Below are positions 56,891 through 64,000 of a stretch of 64,000 bases of DNA, in pieces. The DNA is from the human T2T-CHM13v2.0 reference genome, Homo sapiens, in NCBI RefSeq assembly GCF_009914755.1, contig NC_060928.1; one strand, given 5' to 3'. The translations under genes were made by a program, and so were the position numbers. The notes under the pieces were generated by a model that saw nothing but the letters and a program-made list of their open reading frames with translations, was not told where the DNA came from and did not search any database. Position 1 is the stretch's first letter; the number at the start of each line of letters is the position of its first letter.

Positions 56891-59439
56891 GTCACCCAGC
56901 TATCGAGTGACAAACAGTTTAACTCCAGGGACTTCTCTTAAGCATTTTTCCACTGGGATTAGCAACATGGATATCAATAGAGATTTGAGGGAGAGCAATT
57001 TTACTGGAGCTATGAGTGAAAAACCCAACTGCTAGGACAACAGGCATATTTCAATTATTCCTAAATTTTTGCTTCTTTTGTTCCTTCCTTTCTTGTCTTT
57101 TCTTTCTTTTCATTTTCACTTCCCTTCCTTTTATTTTTCTTCTTCTTCTTATCCTGATCCTCTTTCTCTTTAGCACTCAATTGCTGATAAATTCAATCAC
57201 AAATTTGGTTTACTCCAATAACATTTACTCGTAACAGGTACTAAGTCAGGTGTTTAGGGCCCAGTTCTGAATTAGAAGCATATTTATTTGCTCCCAGAGC
57301 TTGTCATCTTCCCAAGATTCTGAGACAAACTTTTATCTTGAAAATTACTCAGACTGACCCTCTGAATTATTCAGTAGGCACAATTCATCTCTCTTGTCAC
57401 TGGTCCTTCTAGTCTGACTTTTTCCCAGAAGTGAAAGAAGTATAACTGGAAATTCATGGGGATTGTGAAGTCAATCCAACCTGTGTTTGAAATTGGCTGG
57501 TACCAGGTCACATTCATCAACCTTGCTGCTGAAAATCTTAACTTTTTAGAAATTGTATATAATTCAAAAAGGCAATGTATAAAAGCACTGATTTAAGTCC
57601 TGCCATTGTTCTAATTGAGAACGTGATGACTTCTACCTAATGTAAAGTACTTTTACAATGATCTCCAAAAGGTAAATATTTAGTTCTTTTAACCATGTAT
57701 TTTTACCAAAAATGAGCAAACATAAAAGGGGCCTATAAACTAGGTAAATTTAATTTTGTATTTTTCTGTTTAATCCTTGGACTTATACATAGAATCAATA
57801 AAGACATGTAAGAAATGGTCACATTTGTTAAATTATTTTATGAAAAAAGACAGAACGAATAATAGAATGAACCAGCAAAAGAGAAGTGAATGAATAAATA
57901 AGTAAATAATGAATCAACTACCTACCTAGTAAGAACAACCTTGTATAGGCCAAAGATGATAAACTAATTTTTGAAGACATATTTCTTTTGTATTTTCCCA
58001 TTTTGCTTTTTTCCACTTGAGCTGTCCATAGCAAAATATTAAGGAGTGAATGAGGAAGTCTTACTAAACCACAGTGGTGAGAGTTATGTAGAGTAGCCTT
58101 AGCCTCAGGAATTTCCATAGTCTGACAGAGGTAACTGGTGATGAGGAAAAACAACAACAGACAGACAAAAAATCATTCTGGGTTTCAGATAACCTCCAGC
58201 CAAGATAGCATTTGCTAAAGGAGAAAAGAGACTTGATCCAAAGCCAAGTGTCTAACAACCAGCCAGCCAAGAAGATGCAGGGGTGCTAGCCTTTAGTGAG
58301 TTAGAGCCAAAAGAATGCCTTGTGAATTAGGGCTACCACCTCTTAAGTACTTTCTATAAGCCAGAGATGTTGCACGCTGTCTTCTTCAAGCCCCAGCAGT
58401 TCTCAGTGCAGGAACAAGGCCATGGGACTTCAATTAAAGTTCCTGAGGCCTGCTGGCTTTCAACATTCAGAAGTATAGGACTCTAGAAAGCATAATACTC
58501 TATATATGCTTCATACTATATAACATCCTCAGCTTAATCACATTAATACATCTATATCCAAAAATTGGGAATATTAAGTGTGATAAGGGAAGACTTAAAT
58601 AGTTGTATGTCAATTCAGAAGAGATTTTACTGCCAAAGGATCTTTCTCAATTAATTAATTTTTTTTAGATTCAGGGCTTTAGAATTTCAGAATTGTGTAA
58701 AAGAAATTATGAACATGAATTTGTATAGTCATGTTATAGATAAAGAAACTGAGACCCAGAGAAGTAAAATGACTCGCCAATATTTGCAGAGCTGAGGAGC
58801 ATGGAATCAGGATGTGAACATCAAAGTGATGCTCAATGTTCCAAGAGAATATAGGCCCAGAGGAAGAAGCTTGAGTCTTGCTGGTCCAAGAGTCTGTTAA
58901 ACACATCCTTTGTATTTAATGTACAATGAAACTGTGGATATAGGGCCTCTCAGTGACCCAGGCTTTGCTCAATTTTTGAGTCTTCCAGGATATTAAATGA
59001 TGAAGAAATACTAAGATTCAGTTGTGAAAAATATACATTTTCACTTAATCTTTCACTTTTTAAAAACACACACAGTGATCTTTATTTGGAAGTAACATTT
59101 TTAAAAATCTAAAATTAAGACCTTTTATGAGCATGCACTGGTTAAATGAGTCTGTCAGTCCCATTTGCCATAATTTTAGCCCTAGAGAAATGTCAGTGGA
59201 ACGTATCATATCTCAACAGTCTTAGGATCAAGAGAATTGATTATTGAGAAGGTGCTGTGTGAATTGTAAAACATCATATGCACATGTACAATCATCATTA
59301 TTCATAAACAACTGTATTATTTGCATCTACCACTTTGGCCATGAAAGCTTCTGAATTTGAATTTCCCTGCCTTTTTTTTCTTGAGGCTATAAGCTATGCT
59401 AGACTATGTCTAGGGATATCTAATGCTGTCAACTCAGCA

Positions 59440-59743
59440 ATGTCCATTTTTAATCGCTTTTTTGGGGTATACTTCATACATAAGTACGTACTGTTTTTGG
59501 CACAGTGATAAGCACTGAGTATACTTGGGACTAACCAGATAATCTCTTAACATAATAGGAATTTAAATTTAGTTCAAGAGGTGGATAATGAGCAACAATT
59601 GCTAGATAAGTGTTTTTAGTTTACAATTATGTAAGTGCTATGAAAAAATAAAATACTATCTGTGAATGTGAAAAAGGAGGACAGAATGAAAGCTGGCCCA
59701 GAGCTTGATTTAATCTGAGACCTAACAAGAAGTAGGGGACATC
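59440..59743 (-). mobile_element. L2 fragment (split by the L1 at 59744)
   Basis: GGCACAGTGATAAGCACTGAG...TAAGTGCTATGAA...ATCTGAGACCT. Confidence 0.45.
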
Positions 59744-61386
59744 AAATCAACATCATGAAAATGGTCATAGAGCCCAAAGTAATTTACAGATTCAATGATA
59801 TTCCCATTAAATTACCCTTTGCATTTTTCACAGAATTAGAAAAACTACTTTAAAATTTATATGAAACCAAAAAAGAGCCCACATAGCCAAGACAATACTA
59901 AGCAAAAATAAACAAAGCTGGAGGCATCATGCTACCTAACTTCAAACTATGATACAAGGCTACAGTAACCAAAACAGCATGGTACTAGCACAAAACAGAT
60001 ACAGAGACCAATGGAACAGAATAAGAACTCAGAAATAATCCCTCACATCTACAACGATCTGATCTTTGTCAAACCTGACAAAAACAAGCAATGGGGAAAA
60101 GATTTCCTGTCTAATAAATGATGCTGGGAGAACTGGTTAGCCACATACAGAAAATTGAAACTGGACCCATTCCTTACACCTTATACAAAAATTAACTCAA
60201 CATGGATTAAAGACTTAAATGTAAAACCCAACACTATAAAAACCCTAAAAGAAAACCTAGGTAATATTATTCAGGACATAGACAAGGATAAAGATTTCAT
60301 GAAGGAAACGTCAAACACAATTGCAAAAAAAGCAAAAATTGATAAATGGGATCTAGTTAAATTAAAGAGCTTCTGCACAGCAAAAGAAACTATCATCAGA
60401 GTGAACACACAACCTATAGAATGAGAGAAATTTTTTTCAATCTATCCATCTGACGAAAGTCTAATATCCAAAATCTGCAAGGAACTTAAACAAATTTACA
60501 AGAAAAAAACAACCCCATCAAAAAGTGAGCCAACTATATGCACAGAAACTTCTCAAAAGAAGACATTTATGTGGCCAACAAACATGAAAAAAAGGCTCAA
60601 TATCACTTATTATTAGATAAATGCAAATCAAAACCATTTGAGATACCATCTTATGCCAGTCAGAATGGCGATCATTAAAACAAGAAACAAATGTTGGCAA
60701 GGCTGTGGAGAAATAGGAACACTTTTACACGGTTGGTGGGAATAGAAATCAATTCAACCATTGCAGAAGACAGTGTGGCAATTCCTCAAAGACCTAGAAC
60801 CAGAAATACAATTTGGCCCAGCAATCCCATTGCTGGGTATATACCCAAAGTAATATAAATTACTGTATTATAAAGATACATGCACGCATATGTTCATTGC
60901 AGCACTATTCACAATAGCAAAAACATGGAATCAACCCAAATGTCCATCAGTGATAGACTGGAAAAAGAAAATATGGTACATATACACCAAGGAATACTAT
61001 GCAGCCATAAGAAGGAAGATCATATCCTTTACAGGGACATGGATGAAACTGGAAGCCATTATCCTTAGCAAACTAATGCAGGAACAGAAAACCAAACACT
61101 GCATGTTTTCACTTATAAGTGGGAGCTGAACAATAAGAACATATGAACACAGGGAGGGGAAAAACACTCACTGTGGCCTGTTTGGGGAGGGTGGCAGGGA
61201 GAGCATTAGGGAAAAGAGATAATGCCTGCTGGGCTTAATACCTAAGTGATGGGTTGATAGGTGCGGCAAACCACCATAACACGTGTTTCCCTATGAACAA
61301 ACTGCACATCCTGCACATGTATCCCGAAACTTAAAATCAAATCAAATCAAATCAATTTTTTTTAAAAAAATAACAATTATAGTAAA
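59744..61386 (+). mobile_element. 5'-truncated LINE-1, L1PA10-13-like
   Basis: ORF2 C-terminal pieces; 3'UTR CTGGGCTTAATACCTAAGTGATGGGTTGATAGGTGC; TSD AAGAAGTAGGGGACATC (59727-59743) / AAGAAGTAGGAGACATC (61387-61403). Confidence 0.88.
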
Positions 61387-61904
61387 AAGAAGTAGGAGAC
61401 ATCCAGTAGAAACCATGGGGTTAATCTGAAATAAGGATGCACAGAGAGGCAGTAGCCAGATCCCAGATGACCCTTGTATGTTGTATTATGGCACACGGTG
61501 GGGCACTGCCCAGGGAGACAGTGGTTCAACTCTTTTGGAATTTTCATTGTCACATGTTATGGCAGGGACTGAAATATACAATGCAGCATAAATGATAGAT
61601 ATAGTGTCAGCTCAGTATAATCCCAGGATGATTTGGCTGGCATACCAAGCAACGTAGTTGGTTTGGGGTGTAGAAAAAATAACGAAGGCTAGCCTATGAT
61701 GTGGGAGATTACGTCTGGATCATGATCCTGAACACTATAATCCTGAGTGTTGAAATCTCAAAAGATAAAAATCCCTAATGTCCAAAACTCTGCAAATCAC
61801 AATCATAGGATGGTTGCATCATGTTAGGCAGAACTATTACCTTGTTTTTGTTATTATTATTATTGTCTTTATTTGGAATTCAAGTATGCTTTAAGGACAT
61901 GAAC

Positions 61905-62266
61905 TGAGAATTAAATATGGTTAAGGAGATGTTTTTGGGTGCCAAGTGGACAAGGGGTGGACTTGTGGACTTAAGTTTATGTTTCAACTTGAATGGATTA
62001 AGGAATACCTAGAAACCTGGTAAAGCATTATCTGGATATGTCTATGAGGGTGTTTCCATAGATTAGTGTATGAGTCTGAGTAGATTAGGTGGCAAACATC
62101 TGCCCTCGATATTGGTGGTCGCCATCCAACTGGCCAAGGGTTCAGAGAGAACAAATACAGAAAGGGAATGGCACTCTATCTGAGGGCTAGGACAGACTTT
62201 TCTTCTAGCGGCCTCAGAACACCAGGCTCTCTGGCCTTTAGACTCTAGGATTTACACTATTCTGCC
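61905..62266 (+). mobile_element. ERVL 3' internal end + polypurine tract + MLT2B LTR start, carried inside Ricksha
   Basis: GGGTGCCAAGTGGACAAGGGGTGGACT then TGTGG...CAACTTGAATGGATTAAGGAATACCTAGAAACCTGGTAAAGCATTA. Confidence 0.75.
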
Positions 62267-62289
62267 TTCATAAAATGCTCTTTGTCAGA

Positions 62290-63065
62290 GAATAAAAAGA
62301 ATTCAACAAGCTCAGTGACCTGTTGAACCAAAGACACTTGCTAACTTCCTTCAGTGTTAGAAAACACATTACATGGTGAAATAATTTGATTAGGGATTTG
62401 ACTGTTGAAGAAGATAGACTTCCTATATTTACCACTAAATCTAACACAGAAAAACTAGCACATGCTTCAGTTTGGCTAATAGATGGCACTTTCAAAACTC
62501 TTTGTACTGTTTATATACAATTCATGACCCTGTTGGATCTGAAAATTCTAGAACTCTACAATTAGAATTCTGGAATTCTACCTTCTCATTTATGTATTAA
62601 TGAATGGAAAAAGTGAAGCATTTTATAAACACTTATTTGAAGATTTGGTGGACTTTGCAGAAGAAAATGAATTTCAATCAAATCCTCAATCCATAATGAC
62701 AGATTTGAAATTGGGTATGAACAAAGCTTCTAAAAGTGACTTTCAAGGTATTACCTACCAATAATGTTTGTTTTATCCATTAGGCTCAGTGCATTTGGTG
62801 GAAAATTCAGATGAGCGCATTGGTCACCTGATAGGGCAATGACAAAAACTGTAGTTCAAAAATGTGTCATTTGCCCGCATTGGCATTCCTTCCAGCTGAT
62901 GACATTCCAGGAGTTTTTAAGGAATTAAAGCCACATTTTTCTGAAGAAGCCAGCAAAGCTACTGACTGGTTCAAAAATAATTATGTGCATGGTAGGATAA
63001 AAAGACACACAACAATATTGCTGTTTGATCTCCAATCTTGTTTCTGCCAAATTTGTTGCCTGTAA
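62290..63065 (+). pseudogene. MULE-type DDE transposase remnant
   Basis: WLIDGTFKT (D at 62482), IMTD (D at 62702), CFIH CxxH motif (62769-62780), ALAFLP...DWFKNNYV; multiple frameshifts. Confidence 0.8.
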
Positions 63066-63429
63066 ATGTAGGCATGCAGAATGTATTTCTGCATACCCAA
63101 AACAACAAATAAATAAATATCTTTCAAATAATTTGAATTATAGCTTTAGAATTATATTTTCAGGATTTTGATCTTTCAGCATTTCAACATTTGGGATGAT
63201 GGCGTGATTGTGTCTTTCAGGATTATAATCAGCTCCCTGGTAGATTATGTTCACTTTTCTAATACTTCTTACATTGTATTATGGTCATTTTTCACAAGTC
63301 TTTCTCCCACTGTAGGCTTGAAACTCAGGGAGTGGGCAAATTTATATCTACCTCTACATCCTGTTTCAAAGATGAAAGCAAACTTTAAAAATAAAAATGA
63401 ATAGGGCCTATAATTTGAGAAACATACAT

Positions 63430-63770
63430 CTTTCAGTGCAAAGGAATCTGTAGATTTAGCAGTGGGAAAGCATGCTGACAAGGGAACAGTGCCCCTTGCA
63501 AAGAGCCTTGTGAAAAACACCCAGGATTAAGGGCTTTATCTTGCCTGTGATGGTGAGTCATCGAAGGCTTTAAAAATGGCATGGTCAAATTTACTTTTGA
63601 AAAGATGACTCTGAGTGCACTAGAGACAAATGCGTCTGGCAGCAGGAAGTCCAGTTAGGTGGCTGTGGCAACAATACAGAGGGGAAAAAGGAGACCTAAA
63701 TCAAGGAAGTGGCGGAAGAGAGGTAGGGGAGAAGGCATATTAGAGAAGCAACCAGGAGGATTTTGCAACT
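63430..63770 (-). mobile_element. L2 fragment
   Basis: GATGGTGAGTCATCGAAGGCTTTAA...TTTTGAAAAGATGACTCTG...CAGTTAGGTGGCTGTGGCA. Confidence 0.55.
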
Positions 63771-64000
63771 TCAATTGCTCAACTGACTATTATCGGTTAT
63801 TTACTATTTACTAGGTAGGATAGGGAGAAATAGTCCCCAGCCCTGCTTCTGAGGAACTCAATTATTTTAGGGGGAATGAAAAAAGTCAGGTGTTTTCTAT
63901 TATAAAATGAGAAGAAATGTACTTTATTGGCAAATATTTGGAAAAATCTAGTGAATACTGCTTATGATAGTACTCTTTAAATTATTTATTTATAGGTATT

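Larger units (their letters stand above)
61712..63237 (+). mobile_element. Ricksha (Mutator/MULE-MuDR) DNA transposon
   Basis: Left TIR TGGATCATGATCC...TGTTGAAATCTCAAAAGAT; right TIR GATCTTTCAGCATTTCAACATTTGGGAT...GATTATAATCAGCTCCC; 9-10 bp TSD TGGGAGATTA (61702-61711) / TGGTAGATTA (63238-63247). Confidence 0.85.

Overview
AT-rich primate (most likely hominid) nuclear DNA made almost entirely of transposable elements. I found no recognisable host protein-coding exon, RNA gene or CRISPR-type array, and no evidence for a previously undescribed biological system. Main landmarks: (1) a 5'-truncated L1PA4-like LINE (-) splitting a MIR; (2) a full-length old L1PB-type LINE whose ORF2 is interrupted at one site by a full-length L1PA2-like element (full-length ORF1 and ORF0, dead ORF2) plus an AluS, leaving four copies of the same 16-17 bp target site; (3) a near full-length L1PA15-like LINE (-) carrying a ~607 bp nuclear copy of mitochondrial ND2 (NUMT) that the ORF track misses; (4) a full-length Hsmar1 mariner; (5) a Ricksha (Mutator-like) element with captured ERVL/MLT2 sequence and transposase remnants. 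There are also Tigger1, MER44, MaLR LTRs, Alus, L2/MIR relics, several local tandem or templated duplications and a quasi-palindromic AT-rich tract. All subfamily calls come from remembered consensus diagnostics, not from an alignment run. Boundaries of old elements are approximate.
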